A DNA stretch of 64,000 nucleotides from an uncultured candidate division Zixibacteria bacterium (GCA_963806185.1 CAWDXE010000006.1:86064-150063); one strand, 5' to 3'; shown: positions 12,451-23,304, counted from the first letter of the stretch. Numbers and translations: made by a program. The notes: generated from the letters alone by a model not told the origin.

Positions 12451-13962
12451 ATGACTGCCCAACAAGCTTATCAAGAACTCATTAAAGAAGTCAAAGAGAT
12501 TTCCATCCTTGGGTCATGCGCCTCGGTCCTCGGATGGGACGAACGCACCTACATGCCCCGTCAGGGCGCCGAACACCGCTCCAACCAGCTCGGCCTGATC
12601 GCCCGGCTGAGCCACGAACGGTTCACCTCGTCAAAAATCGGCGACCTGCTCGCCAAGAGCGAAAGCGACGGCCTCAAAGCGGGTGATACGCCCGAGGCCG
12701 CCAACCTGCGCGAAATCCGCCACCAGTACGACAAAGCCACCAAGCTGCCGTCCGATCTGGTCGAAGAAATGACCAAAACCACCTCGCTCGCCCAGGGTAA
12801 ATGGGCTGAGGCCCGCGCCAAATCCGACTTCAAAGCCTTCCAGCCCTGGCTTGAGAAGATCGTCGCCATCGAACAGAAAGTCGCCGACGCCTACGGCTGG
12901 AAGGGCGAACGGTACAACGCCCTGCTCGACAACTATGAACCGGGCGCGACCGTCGACGACATCGCTTCCGTTTTCGAGAAACTCCGCGGCGAACTGGTGA
13001 CGCTGCTGCAGAAAATCAAGAATGCGCCGAAAAAGCCCGATGTCAGCATCATTGAGCGCGAGTACAACATCGAGATGCAGCGTGTCTTTGGTGAATCGGT
13101 TGCCGAGGCGATGGGTTTTGACTTCGCCGCCGGCCGCTTGGACATCACCACCCACCCCTTCTGCTCCGGCTTCGGCCCCGGTGATACTCGCATCACCACG
13201 CGCTACAATCCGAGACGATTGAACGACGCCCTCTTTGGCATCATGCACGAGGCCGGCCACGCCCTGTACGAAATGGGGATACAAAAAGCGGAGTATTTCG
13301 GCGAGCCAATGGGCGAGGCTGCCTCGCTCGGCATCCATGAATCGCAATCGCGCATGTGGGAAAACCAGGTCGGCCGCTCAAAAGAGTTCTGGGTCTACTT
13401 CCTCCCGCAGGCCAAGCGGATTTTCCGCCCGTCGCTCGACAACGTTTCACTCGATGCCTTCTACGGCGCGGTCAACTACGTGACTCCGTCGTACATCCGT
13501 GTCGAGGCCGACGAGGCCACCTACAACCTGCACATACTCCTGCGTTTTGAAATCGAGCGCGCCATGTTGACCGGCGATCTCAAACCGGCCGACGTTGCGC
13601 ATGAGTGGAACAGCCGCTTCGAGAAGTATTTCGGGCTTAAGGTCGACAACGACGCCAACGGCTGCTTGCAGGACGTTCACTGGTCGGCCGGCTATATCGG
13701 CTATTTCCCGACCTACACCTTGGGCAATCTGTATTCCGCGCAGTTCTTTGCGAAAGCCAGACAGGACATGCCGAATCTGGGCAAACAGTTCGAGCAGGGC
13801 AATTATGCCGAGTTGTTAGCCTGGCTGCGGAAGAACATCCATATGCACGGCCAGCGTTACCGCGCCACCGATCTGGTAAAGCGAGTGACCGGCCAGCCCT
13901 TGTCAGCGCAGCCGTTGGTCGACTATATGAACAAGAAGTACGGCGAGATCTACGGCTTCTAG
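12451..13962 (+). CDS. Carboxypeptidase, M32 family (Taq type)
   Basis: HPFC, RITTRY, HEAGH zinc motif, HESQSR, IRVEADE, GCLQDVHW and GYFPTY; AAGGAG RBS before ATG 12451. Confidence 0.95.
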   Translation: MTAQQAYQELIKEVKEISILGSCASVLGWDERTYMPRQGAEHRSNQLGLIARLSHERFTSSKIGDLLAKSESDGLKAGDTPEAANLREIRHQYDKATKLPSDLVEEMTKTTSLAQGKWAEARAKSDFKAFQPWLEKIVAIEQKVADAYGWKGERYNALLDNYEPGATVDDIASVFEKLRGELVTLLQKIKNAPKKPDVSIIEREYNIEMQRVFGESVAEAMGFDFAAGRLDITTHPFCSGFGPGDTRITTRYNPRRLNDALFGIMHEAGHALYEMGIQKAEYFGEPMGEAASLGIHESQSRMWENQVGRSKEFWVYFLPQAKRIFRPSLDNVSLDAFYGAVNYVTPSYIRVEADEATYNLHILLRFEIERAMLTGDLKPADVAHEWNSRFEKYFGLKVDNDANGCLQDVHWSAGYIGYFPTYTLGNLYSAQFFAKARQDMPNLGKQFEQGNYAELLAWLRKNIHMHGQRYRATDLVKRVTGQPLSAQPLVDYMNKKYGEIYGF

Positions 13963-13983
13963 ACTTGTCGTCCGAAAGAGTAT

Positions 13984-14585
13984 CGGTAGCCCACCGTCTT
14001 GCGGTGGGCTGAATGTCCCATCAGACTCCCGTGCCAAACGCCTGTGCGGTCAGGCCCCCGTGCCTGACCGCACTCTTCTGAGTTGCTTCGGGTCCTGCGG
14101 CGATTCCTATCGCCGTGTGACCCGAAGCATCACCATACCGGCCCTCACCCCAACCCTCTCCCTGAAGGGAGAGGGGGTATGAGAGGAAATCTGTAGGGCA
14201 AAAGTATTTTCAATTTATCAAGCGTTTTGCCAAGGAGGTGTTGCAACAGGCCCTTTACCTATTTCGAACGTGAGACCTGACGCCCCGCAATTCACCGACT
14301 ACTCATTGCGAGAACCTCGCGGAGCCGAAGGGGCCGACGTCAATCCTGAATCATTCTCGTGCTTCCGCGATCTCGACGATCTCCGCAATCTTACCTGACA
14401 CGTCATTGCGAGCCGCTCCTTAGCGGCGTGGCAATCTTTCAGTTCGCTTCCTGTAAGTCGAAACCGCTTCGGTTTCGACCTGACCCACGGGCCTTCGCCA
14501 TCGAGTAACGTCATGCTGAGCGGAGTCGAAGCATGATCCGTATGCAAATCCTACCCTTGATCCCCGCCTTCACGGGTATGACAAT
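13984..14585. repeat. Mosaic cluster of several REP-like palindrome families (BIME-like)
   Basis: GTAGCCCACC..GGTGGGCT; GTCAGGCCCCCGTGCCTGAC (14049); CCCTCACCCCAACCCTCTCC..GGGAGAGGG; GTCATTGCGAG..GGCAATCT; GTCATGCTGAGCGGAGTCGAAGCATGA; ATCCCCGCCTTCACGGGTATGACA. Confidence 0.8.
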
Positions 14586-14804
14586 TCTGTATGGTCAGCA
14601 TTTCTTGCCTTGGGGCGGCATCGATATCCGGTAATGCCCTGCGCTCCCCCCTCCGATTGCCGCGCATCCCGACCCGGCCGGCCTTTGCGACGTCGTCCCC
14701 CAATTTCTCTTGCAATATGGATGCTATGTACCGATATTATCCACGTGGCGGTCACGGCCACAACAACCAGATCAACGCTAAACCTCTGAACCGGGAGTAT
14801 TTCA

Positions 14805-17480
14805 GTGGCTCTATCCAGTGGTGCCAAGCTAGGTCCCTACATCATCGAATCAACCGCCGGCGCCGGCGGCATGGGCGAAGTCTACAAAGCCAAAGACAGC
14901 CGACTTGATCGCACCGTTGCGATCAAGGTTCTCTCGGTGCAAGTGGCCGGCAATCAGGATCTCCGCCTCCGTTTCGAACGCGAGGCCAAGGCCATCTCAA
15001 GCCTCAACCACCCCAACATCTGCACCCTTTTCGACATCGGTCATCAGGACGGTGTCGACTATCTGGTCATGGAGTATCTGGAAGGCGAAACGCTCGCCTC
15101 ACGTCTCCTGCGTGGCCCGTTATCTGTCCCCGACTTGCTGAATATTGCCGTGCAGATTGCCGACGGCCTTGACAAGGCCCACCGCCAGGGACTGATCCAC
15201 CGCGATCTCAAACCGGGCAACATCATGCTCACCAAGTCCGGCGCCAAACTTCTCGACTTCGGCCTGGCCAAACTGCAGGAATCAGGTGGACTCGTCCACG
15301 GTCAGAGTGGTATCACCCGCACCACCACGCCTCTCACCGGAGAGGGCGCGATCATCGGCACCCTCCAGTATATGGCCCCCGAACAACTCGAAGGGAAAGA
15401 GGTGGATGCCCGCACCGACATCTTCGCCTTCGGCGCCATTCTTTACGAAATGGCCACCGGCCGCCGCGCCTTTGACGGCGGCAGTCAGGCCAGCCTCATC
15501 GCCTCCATCATCAAGGAACAGCCGCGCGCTATCGCCGAGTTACAGCCCATGTCCCCTCCCATGCTTGAACGGGTCATCCGCCAGTGCCTGGAAAAGGATC
15601 CCGACCATCGCTGGCACACGGCCGGCGATCTCAAGCGATCACTGCTCTGGATTAACGAAGGTGGCTCACAGGTCGGCGTGCCGTTGCAGGTCTCTGTTCG
15701 CCGCAAATCGCGAGAACGGATGCTCTGGGCCGCAACAGGTGTATTGGGATTGGCTGCACTCGCCCTGGGCGCGAAGATCTTGTTGCAGGCTAAGCCGGAG
15801 CTGAGGGTCGCCCGCTTCTCCATTACCCAGGAGCCTCGCTATTCCGGCACCACTTGGCCGATGATTTCACCAGACGGCAAGTACGTCGCCTTCCAGGCAC
15901 AGGACAGCGCCAGAGTGTTTAAGATCTGGGTCCGTCCCATGAACTCACTCCAGGCGATTCCTCTGGAGGGTACTGATGGCGCCAATCGCCCCTTCTGGTC
16001 GCCCGACAGCAAGTTCCTGGCCTTTTTCGATAACCGCAATCAACTCCGACGAATCCCCGCCACCGGTGGGCCGACCCTTTTGATCTGCGAGGCGCCGCAC
16101 GCCTCGGATGGTACATGGGGAAGTGACGGCATTATTATCTTTGACGGCAACGCCGCCGATTCGCTCCGACAAGTCCCGGCCGCAGGCGGGCCGGTGACCC
16201 AGGCATCGTTCATCAACCGCGCGGTCGGCGAAACCGGTCACGCCTGGCCCTGGTTTCTCCCTGACGGCAAGCACTACTTGTTTAATACCTTTGCGTCCAT
16301 CCCCGGCACCGGCCAGCAGTCGTACCTGATGTCCGGAACTCTCGGATCCAGGGAGAGCAAGAAACTCGCGACAGTGGAATCACGCGTCGTCTATTCGACT
16401 GCCGGCTATATCCTCTATATGAAAGATCGCATCCTGGTAGCACAGCCGTTCAACGCTGATAAACAGGAAATCACCGGCGACCCGATACCCCTCACAAACG
16501 AGGTAACCAGTCTCGACGAGCGCGCTCTCTTCAGTGTTTCCAACGACGGTCAACTGCTGTACCAGCGCGGCACCGCGATAAGCGAGCGACGCATGGTCTG
16601 GGTCGACCGTACGGGCAAGGAGCTCTCCGAGGAAATGCCCCCGTCAGGTTTTGAAAACGTCGCTCTGTCTCCCGACGGCAAACGCATTGCCTATGAACTC
16701 ACGAGCAACAACGGCAACCAGACCGACATCTGGGTCCGCGATCTCCAGCGCCAGATTTCTTCGCGTCTGACGTTCAACGAGGCAGCCGACGTCTGGCCGG
16801 TGTGGAGTGCCGACAATTCCCGGGTTTATTTTGGCTCCGACCGAAAGGACAATCTGGGCAAGTGGAGTATCTTCAGCCGACTAGCCAACGGTACTGGATC
16901 CGATGAAGAACTGCCGAGATCCGATTCGACTCCCTTCATCACGCAAAGCGCCTATCCTGACGGTTCCGCACTCGTGGTCATGTCGGTGCCAATTACGCGC
17001 GTCTTCGATATCTGGAAACTCGAACTTCGTTCCGGCAAGATGGAACCGTTGCTGAATTCTGAATTCAGCGAGCGCTGGGCCTCCATCTCACCCAACAGTC
17101 AGTATATTGCCTATAGCAGTAACGAGTCCGGTCGGGCTCAGGTGTATATTCAACAACTCGGCGCCGGCGGCGGCAAATGGCAGATAACGTCTGTGAACAC
17201 CCGCATGGCGCAATGGCGCGCTGACGGCCGGGAGTTGTATTGCGTGTCGGCGGATGGCAACCTGATGGCTACACCGATAAGTTATGAAGGCGGCCTGCAA
17301 ATTGGTCAGCCGACCGTGCTGTTTCGAAAGCCATTCTACTTTGACATCACCTACACGAATTCAAGCTATCAGGTCACGCGCGACGGTCAGCGCTTTCTCT
17401 GCGTGACACAGCCCGAGCAGAACTCCTCCGTTGAGCTGATACTCGTGCAAAACTGGGCCGAGGAACTCGTGGGCCGCTGA
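14805..17480 (+). CDS. Hanks-type Ser/Thr protein kinase with a TM helix and TolB/PD40-like beta-propeller repeats
   Basis: GAGGMGEVY, VAIK, HRDLKPGN, DFGLAK and YMAPE motifs; TM segment; repeated SPDG motifs. Confidence 0.95.
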   Translation: MALSSGAKLGPYIIESTAGAGGMGEVYKAKDSRLDRTVAIKVLSVQVAGNQDLRLRFEREAKAISSLNHPNICTLFDIGHQDGVDYLVMEYLEGETLASRLLRGPLSVPDLLNIAVQIADGLDKAHRQGLIHRDLKPGNIMLTKSGAKLLDFGLAKLQESGGLVHGQSGITRTTTPLTGEGAIIGTLQYMAPEQLEGKEVDARTDIFAFGAILYEMATGRRAFDGGSQASLIASIIKEQPRAIAELQPMSPPMLERVIRQCLEKDPDHRWHTAGDLKRSLLWINEGGSQVGVPLQVSVRRKSRERMLWAATGVLGLAALALGAKILLQAKPELRVARFSITQEPRYSGTTWPMISPDGKYVAFQAQDSARVFKIWVRPMNSLQAIPLEGTDGANRPFWSPDSKFLAFFDNRNQLRRIPATGGPTLLICEAPHASDGTWGSDGIIIFDGNAADSLRQVPAAGGPVTQASFINRAVGETGHAWPWFLPDGKHYLFNTFASIPGTGQQSYLMSGTLGSRESKKLATVESRVVYSTAGYILYMKDRILVAQPFNADKQEITGDPIPLTNEVTSLDERALFSVSNDGQLLYQRGTAISERRMVWVDRTGKELSEEMPPSGFENVALSPDGKRIAYELTSNNGNQTDIWVRDLQRQISSRLTFNEAADVWPVWSADNSRVYFGSDRKDNLGKWSIFSRLANGTGSDEELPRSDSTPFITQSAYPDGSALVVMSVPITRVFDIWKLELRSGKMEPLLNSEFSERWASISPNSQYIAYSSNESGRAQVYIQQLGAGGGKWQITSVNTRMAQWRADGRELYCVSADGNLMATPISYEGGLQIGQPTVLFRKPFYFDITYTNSSYQVTRDGQRFLCVTQPEQNSSVELILVQNWAEELVGR

Positions 17481-17519
17481 CCCCAGGGCAGAGTCGACTC
17501 CTCTCCTCGCCGATATAAC

Positions 17520-17652
17520 GTGCGGTCAGGCCCCCGTGCCTGACCGAGAGTCGTCATGTTGAAGTCGCTTCTTAGCGCGCTTCAGCATCTCGGTGTTCAC
17601 CACACTCCCGACAAACTCCAAGTGGCTGGCGTACGTCTCGTGCGCCAGCCGG
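17520..17652. repeat. REP-like palindromes between convergent genes
   Basis: CGGTCAGGCCCCCGTGCCTGACCG at 17523 and GTGGCTGGCGTACGTCTCGTGCGCCAGCC at 17622. Confidence 0.75.
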
Positions 17653-17715
17653 CGGCTATCCTCAACTCCACTTACTTTCCATCCTGCGGTCGGGTCTTGT
17701 GCCCGATCGCATTTT

Positions 17716-18864
17716 TCATTTATGCCGTGAGTGAGGTCGATAGGCCCATCTAACATCTCGAATGCGATCATCCTTGATCATGATCTCTGGCCCGGCAACT
17801 GATGAGTCCGTGAATATAAAACGACAAAGTTCATTCCCGCGACGGGATATTAGCGTGTCTCCGTCGATGAGCAGTAAAGTCCCTATCCGGCCGAGAATTA
17901 TACGATTGTTGTCGGTATTGATGAAGACTGTCGAGTCTGAGACGATGTCCTCTCCTCTGGAGACTCGATGCACCCAGTCCATGTCCGGACCACTATAGGA
18001 AACTGTGCCAACTATGTAGCGCCCCTCTGGTCGAAGATGCGTAACGTCTCCGGGAACAAGCACCGAGTTCCATGTCCGTCGGTGTCGGTCAAAAATCAGC
18101 ACCTCCCTTTCCATGTATCCGCCCTTTTCCGGGATGGAGAAGATCGCGAGATAATCCTTTTCATGGGCGAATAGAAACCACCCTTCAGCATTTCTCATTC
18201 TAACAATTGAATCTGGAACGGGGAATGCCGTCACATCAATGCCCGTGTCAATCCATGCAATATCCGGAGTACCAGAGAAAATCGAGCCTACACTTACACC
18301 AAAAAACGAACCGACCTCGCTCTGCGTACCCGTGAATCTGATTTCTCCAGCCGCCGGTTCTCCTACAGAATCGAGTTCGGTGCAGAGTGAGGGAGATACT
18401 CGGAGTATCTTGTATTGCGAAAGTCCTTTTCCGACGAGACAATTCAGGGCATACTGGCCAAGCGGCCTCCCGGCATCATTTTGCCACAGTTGGAGTAGGT
18501 GAACGGTCGAAGGAACTCGATATGTTGCAACAACAGAGCACGTTGCCATGTCGACAACGGTGATCGGCCGACCATACGACTCCACAATCGTCAAGGTTCC
18601 CAAATCTGGCTGAAGACGGAGATTGTTGATTTCATTGGGCGTGTGATCGAGCTTCCACACGGTGTCAATGATTTCGGTCGAATCCAATCGCAGAATCGAT
18701 ATTGTCGCATGATACTCATGCTGCCCATGACTTGAATGCGATTCACAGCACCAATCCTCAGAGATGAGCAATAGCGGGTTATTTTCGGCACTCAAGAGGT
18801 GTGTGGAAATCAGCATGATGAAGAAGCTTGTTGCGATCAGTCTCAATATCCGTGCGAATCGCAT
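17716..18864 (-). CDS. Hypothetical secreted protein, probably beta-propeller-like
   Basis: Long ORF with a signal peptide (MRFARILRLIATSFFIMLISTHLLSA) and AGGGAGG RBS; beta-rich and AT-richer. Confidence 0.65.
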   Translation of the reverse strand: MRFARILRLIATSFFIMLISTHLLSAENNPLLLISEDWCCESHSSHGQHEYHATISILRLDSTEIIDTVWKLDHTPNEINNLRLQPDLGTLTIVESYGRPITVVDMATCSVVATYRVPSTVHLLQLWQNDAGRPLGQYALNCLVGKGLSQYKILRVSPSLCTELDSVGEPAAGEIRFTGTQSEVGSFFGVSVGSIFSGTPDIAWIDTGIDVTAFPVPDSIVRMRNAEGWFLFAHEKDYLAIFSIPEKGGYMEREVLIFDRHRRTWNSVLVPGDVTHLRPEGRYIVGTVSYSGPDMDWVHRVSRGEDIVSDSTVFINTDNNRIILGRIGTLLLIDGDTLISRRGNELCRFIFTDSSVAGPEIMIKDDRIRDVRWAYRPHSRHK

Positions 18865-18943
18865 AATGATTCCTCCCTGTCGGCTAATATTGCTGCACAC
18901 CGGGCCGTGAACAATTCAAAAAACTCACTGTTCAGTCGCTCAG

Positions 18944-19019
18944 CGTTATGCTGAGCGGAGCCGAAACACGATCAGAGTGCGAGTCCTACCCTGGATACCC
19001 GCTTTCGCGGGTATGACAA
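18944..19019. repeat. REP-like pair
   Basis: CGTTATGCTGAGCGGAGCCGAAACACG followed by CTGGATACCCGCTTTCGCGGGTATGACA, in the same order as at 14510-14583 and 21590-21663. Confidence 0.7.
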
Positions 19020-19310
19020 TCCTGTGAATTTCACAATCTCTGTACCGCCCTTTTCCCCGGCGCAACTCGCCGCACTCCCCCACAACCCACTGCGCTCAAC
19101 CGGGTTGCCGTCAACTTCGACAATTGCGGACTTGCCTCGTAATCATTCACCGTACGATTTATTCCGATTTTCGCAACATTGCGCGTCGCACGGCGTATCT
19201 TCATGCCGAATGATCATCGATAGCATGTCTACCATATTCGCGGACATTCGAATCCTGATTGACTCCTCACAAGGGACGGAGTATGGTGTGTGCTATCAAC
19301 GGGAGGTTTT

Positions 19311-21299
19311 ATGCAACACGCTGACGGGATTCCATTGATGTACCTGGTGTGGGCGGCCATCGCCTTCGTGGTGATTGTGCTTATTCTACCCTCGCTGCGG
19401 GTCATCGGCCAGACCGAAGTAGGCCTGGTGTCAAAACGCTTCTCACGCAAACGGCTGTCCGAAGGCAATCCGATCGCCTTTCACGGTGAGGCCGGCTTCC
19501 AGGCCAACCTGCTGATGCCGGGCATTCGCTTCAAATTCTGGCTGCTCTACAGCGTGCGGAAATACCCATGGGTGCAGGTGCCCGCCGGCGAAATCGGCGT
19601 CGTCATCTCGCAAATCGGCGAACCATTACCGGTCGGCGCGAAATCTGCCGTCTACAAATCGGTCTTCGGGAATTTCTCTGACGTCAAAACGTTTGTTGAG
19701 AACGGCGGTCAAAAAGGAGTCCAGCGCCCTGTGCTCCCTCCGGGCACCCTCGTGCCGATACATCCGGTCGCCTTTCTCGTGATCACCAAGCAGCGCGTGC
19801 ACGGCCGCCCCGTCGATCCGACCATTCTCAGCATTTTGAATCGGACCGAGACAGGGTTGTCCGTAAAATCGTTCGGTATTCATCCGGAACAGCTCGAAGT
19901 AGTGCGGATTGAACCAAAACCGTACGCCGACTCAGGCGCGCTGGTCGATGTCGTCGGCGTTGTGACAACTTTTGACGGTCCGCCTTTGGAAGCGGGCGAC
20001 ATTGCCTGCCGCCTGGGCGGCTTCGAGGACCTGGCTGCTATGGAAGCAGCCGGGAAGAGCGACGCTGAGATCATCGAGTACATCCTGCGTAGCAAGAACA
20101 ACGTCCACAACAATTTCCAGGACTACCAGCAGTTTTTGGATAATGGCGGCAAGATCGGTTTGCAGCACGACGTCCTCTTGTACGGCGCCTACAACCTGAA
20201 TCCATTCCTCGTGAAGGTGGAGCTGGTGCCGATGCTGATCGTGCAACAGGGCCAGGTGGCCGTGATCAAATCATATGTCGGACTGGCGACCCAGGATACG
20301 TCGGGCGCGTCCTTCAAGTACGGTTCCCTCGTTCGCCCCGGACATCGCGGCGTCTGGCAGGAACCTCTGCGCACCGGCAAGTTTGCCATCAACCCGCGCA
20401 TCTACAATGCCGAGATTGTGCCGACTGCCATCCTTACGCTCAACTGGGCCGATGCTACTTCCAAAGCTCACAACCTGGATAGAGAACTGAAGCAGATTGT
20501 TGCCAAGTCACGCGAAGGTTTCGTCTTCAACATCGATCTGCAGGTGCAGATCCATGTCCCGGATACACTGGCGCCGCGCGTCATTTCGATGGTCGGTACG
20601 ATGCAGAATCTGGCTAACGAGGTCCTGCAGGCGGCGGTCGGCAATCACTTCCGCGACAAACTGCAGAGTATGCCGGCGGTGATGTTCATCGAAACCCGTC
20701 AGGAAGTTCAGAACAAGGCGCTCGAACTTATCACCGATAAGCTGAGTGTCTACCAGGTGGAAACCAAGGGCGTGTATATTCAGGACGTCGTCTTCCCGGC
20801 GGAACTGGTGAAGGTGCTCACGTCACGAGAAATCGCCAATCAGGAGATTGCGACCTATCGAAAGGAAAAGTCGGCCGAGGACGAACGCATCGAGATGGAA
20901 AAAGCACGCGGTACGGCTGATATGCAGAAAGAACTCGCTGCCTCCAAGGTCGGCGTGGATATTCAGCGCAACAACGCCGAGGCGCGCAAGGCTGTCGCTG
21001 ACGGTGAGTCGACCTACCTTGAGCGTGTCGGTAACGCGAAGGGCGCAGAGCCGCGCTCAGTCGGTTTGGCGAATGCCGAGGCCTACGCCAAGCAGGTTCA
21101 GGCGCTGGGCATGCAGGGAACGATGCTGGTCAATATTGCCAACGCTCTCGCCAAGAGCCAGCAACCGTTTATGCCCGGCATCCTGGTGACCGGCGGCGGT
21201 GGCTCAATCGAGGCGTTAGCCGCGGCGCTGACTGGTAAGTTCGCCGGGAACGGCGGCCCGACGACTACCGAACCCGCGACACCCTCAACGTCGAATTGA
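19311..21299 (+). CDS. SPFH (flotillin/band 7) domain membrane protein
   Basis: N-terminal TM, repeated G.Q...L.PG motifs, SREGFVFNIDLQVQIH SPFH core and coiled-coil tail; GGAGG RBS. Confidence 0.9.
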   Translation: MQHADGIPLMYLVWAAIAFVVIVLILPSLRVIGQTEVGLVSKRFSRKRLSEGNPIAFHGEAGFQANLLMPGIRFKFWLLYSVRKYPWVQVPAGEIGVVISQIGEPLPVGAKSAVYKSVFGNFSDVKTFVENGGQKGVQRPVLPPGTLVPIHPVAFLVITKQRVHGRPVDPTILSILNRTETGLSVKSFGIHPEQLEVVRIEPKPYADSGALVDVVGVVTTFDGPPLEAGDIACRLGGFEDLAAMEAAGKSDAEIIEYILRSKNNVHNNFQDYQQFLDNGGKIGLQHDVLLYGAYNLNPFLVKVELVPMLIVQQGQVAVIKSYVGLATQDTSGASFKYGSLVRPGHRGVWQEPLRTGKFAINPRIYNAEIVPTAILTLNWADATSKAHNLDRELKQIVAKSREGFVFNIDLQVQIHVPDTLAPRVISMVGTMQNLANEVLQAAVGNHFRDKLQSMPAVMFIETRQEVQNKALELITDKLSVYQVETKGVYIQDVVFPAELVKVLTSREIANQEIATYRKEKSAEDERIEMEKARGTADMQKELAASKVGVDIQRNNAEARKAVADGESTYLERVGNAKGAEPRSVGLANAEAYAKQVQALGMQGTMLVNIANALAKSQQPFMPGILVTGGGGSIEALAAALTGKFAGNGGPTTTEPATPSTSN

Positions 21300-21332
21300 T
21301 TGACCAAATCGGTTGATTTAAACATCTTGGAT

Positions 21333-21665
21333 GTGCGGTCAGGCCCCCGTGCCTGACCGCATTCCTTTTGTCAGCGTCTGAATCGTAGGGCAGCATCGAT
21401 GTCCGCCGCTAGGCGGACGGATGCTGCCGATAAGATCTCGTGATATCAACAAGACGGCAGCACCCGCTCGAAGACTCGCATCGGTGCTGCCTTACGGTAC
21501 GCGCCAAAGACCCCCATCATCGTCATTGCGAGCCGCTTCTTAGCGGCGTGGCAATCTTTCAGCTTCTCTGCTCATCATTGTCGCGCAGCGTCATGCTGAG
21601 CGGAGTCGAAGCATGATCGGTAAGTGTATCCTACCCTGGATATCCGCTTCTGCGGGTATGACATT
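21333..21665. repeat. Mosaic REP/REPIN cluster
   Basis: GTCAGGCCCCCGTGCCTGAC, a REPIN GTAGGGCAGCA...TGCTGCCTTAC (21385-21495), then the GTCATTGCGAG, GTCATGCTGAG and CTGGATATCCGC families. Confidence 0.8.
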
Positions 21666-21746
21666 TTTGTGCAGTGAGCATCTTAGTCGCGGGTCAGCTT
21701 CGGTGCCCGCTTCTTGGCGGCGTGGCAACTTATCGGTTACCGTCGT

Positions 21747-21925
21747 TCACGATTCTAACGTTACTTCACTTTTCACTAGCCTCCAACCATTAGCTCCCCG
21801 AGCAACTAACTTCAGACAAGCTTGCCCCTCCAGGGGACCTTGCCAATGGTATGTCGAAACGAGCGCCCACGCGCTGTCATGCGAAAAGGCTATGCGAGTG
21901 AAGCTGATCAGAACCGGTAACACCA
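21747..21925 (-). pseudogene. C-terminal remnant of a hypothetical secreted or lipoprotein gene
   Basis: Minus frame reads ...ISFTRIAFSHDSAWALVSTYHWQGPLEGQACLKLVARGANGWRLVKSEVTLES*, a protein-like C-terminus preceded by an in-frame TAA next to the REP. Confidence 0.45.
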
Positions 21926-21955
21926 CTTACCCACGATCATCGCGTTTTCCGTTCT

Positions 21956-22666
21956 CCGTACCCCACCTACCAGGTGGGTTCGCTCGAGACCGCTTTTCCC
22001 TTCACCCATCACTTGCGACTCTCCCCAACGCACCGTTCCTCGCGTGATCCAGCCTCGATGTTCCAGCCATCCGGCACCAACATCCCCGGATTCGCCAAGC
22101 CTGCATACCACCGGCAACTCGACCACGACCACCGCGTCGACTCATCGACCAGCCCGGCACGCACCGGGTTATTATGACAGTACTGGATCGCCGCGACCAC
22201 CGCTTCGTCGCTGCGAAGATTCCGATCGAAACACCGCCGCTGCCAGATCGCTGTCCGCTCCTGCCCATCGCGTACCACGTGAAACGGGGTGCGATGCCTA
22301 TGCTCGCGGCCATCCAGTAGAACACTAATGGCGCGCCCGCTTAGCCGCTTAATCTCCCCGATAGTTCGTCCCAAATCCACCTCCACAGGCGGCACCACCA
22401 CCAGATGCACGTGATCCGGCATGTACACCCAGGCAAGAAGGCGAAGACCACTTTGATGCCGCACCGTCTCGATCGCGTCAGAGACCGCCTGACGGGTGGT
22501 ATTGTTGGTCAAGAGCGGCGTGCGCCGATGAATACAGAAGGTGATGAATCGGGCCCGGCCGTCATGATCATAATGCTTAAGCCGCATACCGCCTCAGATG
22601 AACGAGCGGTGGTTGCCGCTCGGGGAAAAGCACAGAAGCCGAACCCACCTGTTAGGTGGGGTACGG
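21956..22666. mobile_element. REPtron: RAYT gene flanked by inverted 27-bp REPs
   Basis: CCGTACCCCACCTACCAGGTGGGTTCG (21956-21982) and its inverted copy CGAACCCACCTGTTAGGTGGGGTACGG (22640-22666) differ at one position. Confidence 0.85.
22009..22587 (-). CDS. rayT: REP-associated tyrosine transposase (RAYT, Y1 HUH family)
   Basis: RFITFC, AWVYMPDHVH (HUH), IWQRRCFDRNLR, YCHNNPVRAGLV and WSWSS motifs. Confidence 0.92.
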   Translation of the reverse strand: MRLKHYDHDGRARFITFCIHRRTPLLTNNTTRQAVSDAIETVRHQSGLRLLAWVYMPDHVHLVVVPPVEVDLGRTIGEIKRLSGRAISVLLDGREHRHRTPFHVVRDGQERTAIWQRRCFDRNLRSDEAVVAAIQYCHNNPVRAGLVDESTRWSWSSCRWYAGLANPGMLVPDGWNIEAGSREERCVGESRK

Positions 22667-22733
22667 TTCCTACGCTCTCGTCGGGAACATAGCGAATGTC
22701 ATCCACGGTGGCAAGAGGGGATAATAAGGGGCG

Positions 22734-23003
22734 TTACCGGTTCAGCTCACCATCAATTACCTGCAACCTTGCCTTGAAGTATTTCGCTTCGGCAAACAGG
22801 CAATTATCACCGCTTACTCGGAGGGCGTTGATGGCACGATCAACGAAATTATGCTGATAAATACCCAGCCCAATGAGAGCTTGAGTTCGACAAATATCGA
22901 ATTCAGGACCAAGGTCCGATTCGCCCACGCTCAATTCATCGAGCAGACGAATCGCTTCCTGAAAGTCCCGACGATTGAGTAGTTGACGAATTTCCTGTAT
23001 CAT
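22734..23003 (-). pseudogene. Truncated N-terminus of a TPR-like helical protein
   Basis: MIQEIRQLLNRRDFQEAIRLLDEL...FAEAKYFKARLQVIDGELNR* has TPR-like helices and stops ~70 bp before the REPtron. Confidence 0.5.
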
Positions 23004-23304
23004 TTGACGGTACAGCGTTCCTTCCTTCGATCCTGTCTCGGCCGGTGAACATGTTGAGGCCAAACCACAAACAGATGCATTTCCAGGAATTGTCCAAACG
23101 AGTTGAGCCTTTTGGTATCGACGGAGATTTGTCTATAACAAACGGATCATCATCCGTCTCCCCACCCATCCCGACTGACGGCCGATACGTACTCCGATAA
23201 TCCAGGGCCGATACCGACGGTACCACCAGCAACGCGAAAACCGCCACCATTCCTATGGCTATCCACCGCGTCGCCGTTTGCCAGAGTGCTCGCATTCGCT
23301 TCAT
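22936..23304 (-). CDS. Small secreted hypothetical protein or peptide precursor
   Basis: AAGGA RBS, signal peptide ending VSA, acidic motif GGETDDDPF and low-complexity tail; overlaps the start of the next gene. Confidence 0.55.
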   Translation of the reverse strand: MKRMRALWQTATRWIAIGMVAVFALLVVPSVSALDYRSTYRPSVGMGGETDDDPFVIDKSPSIPKGSTRLDNSWKCICLWFGLNMFTGRDRIEGRNAVPSNDTGNSSTTQSSGLSGSDSSAR

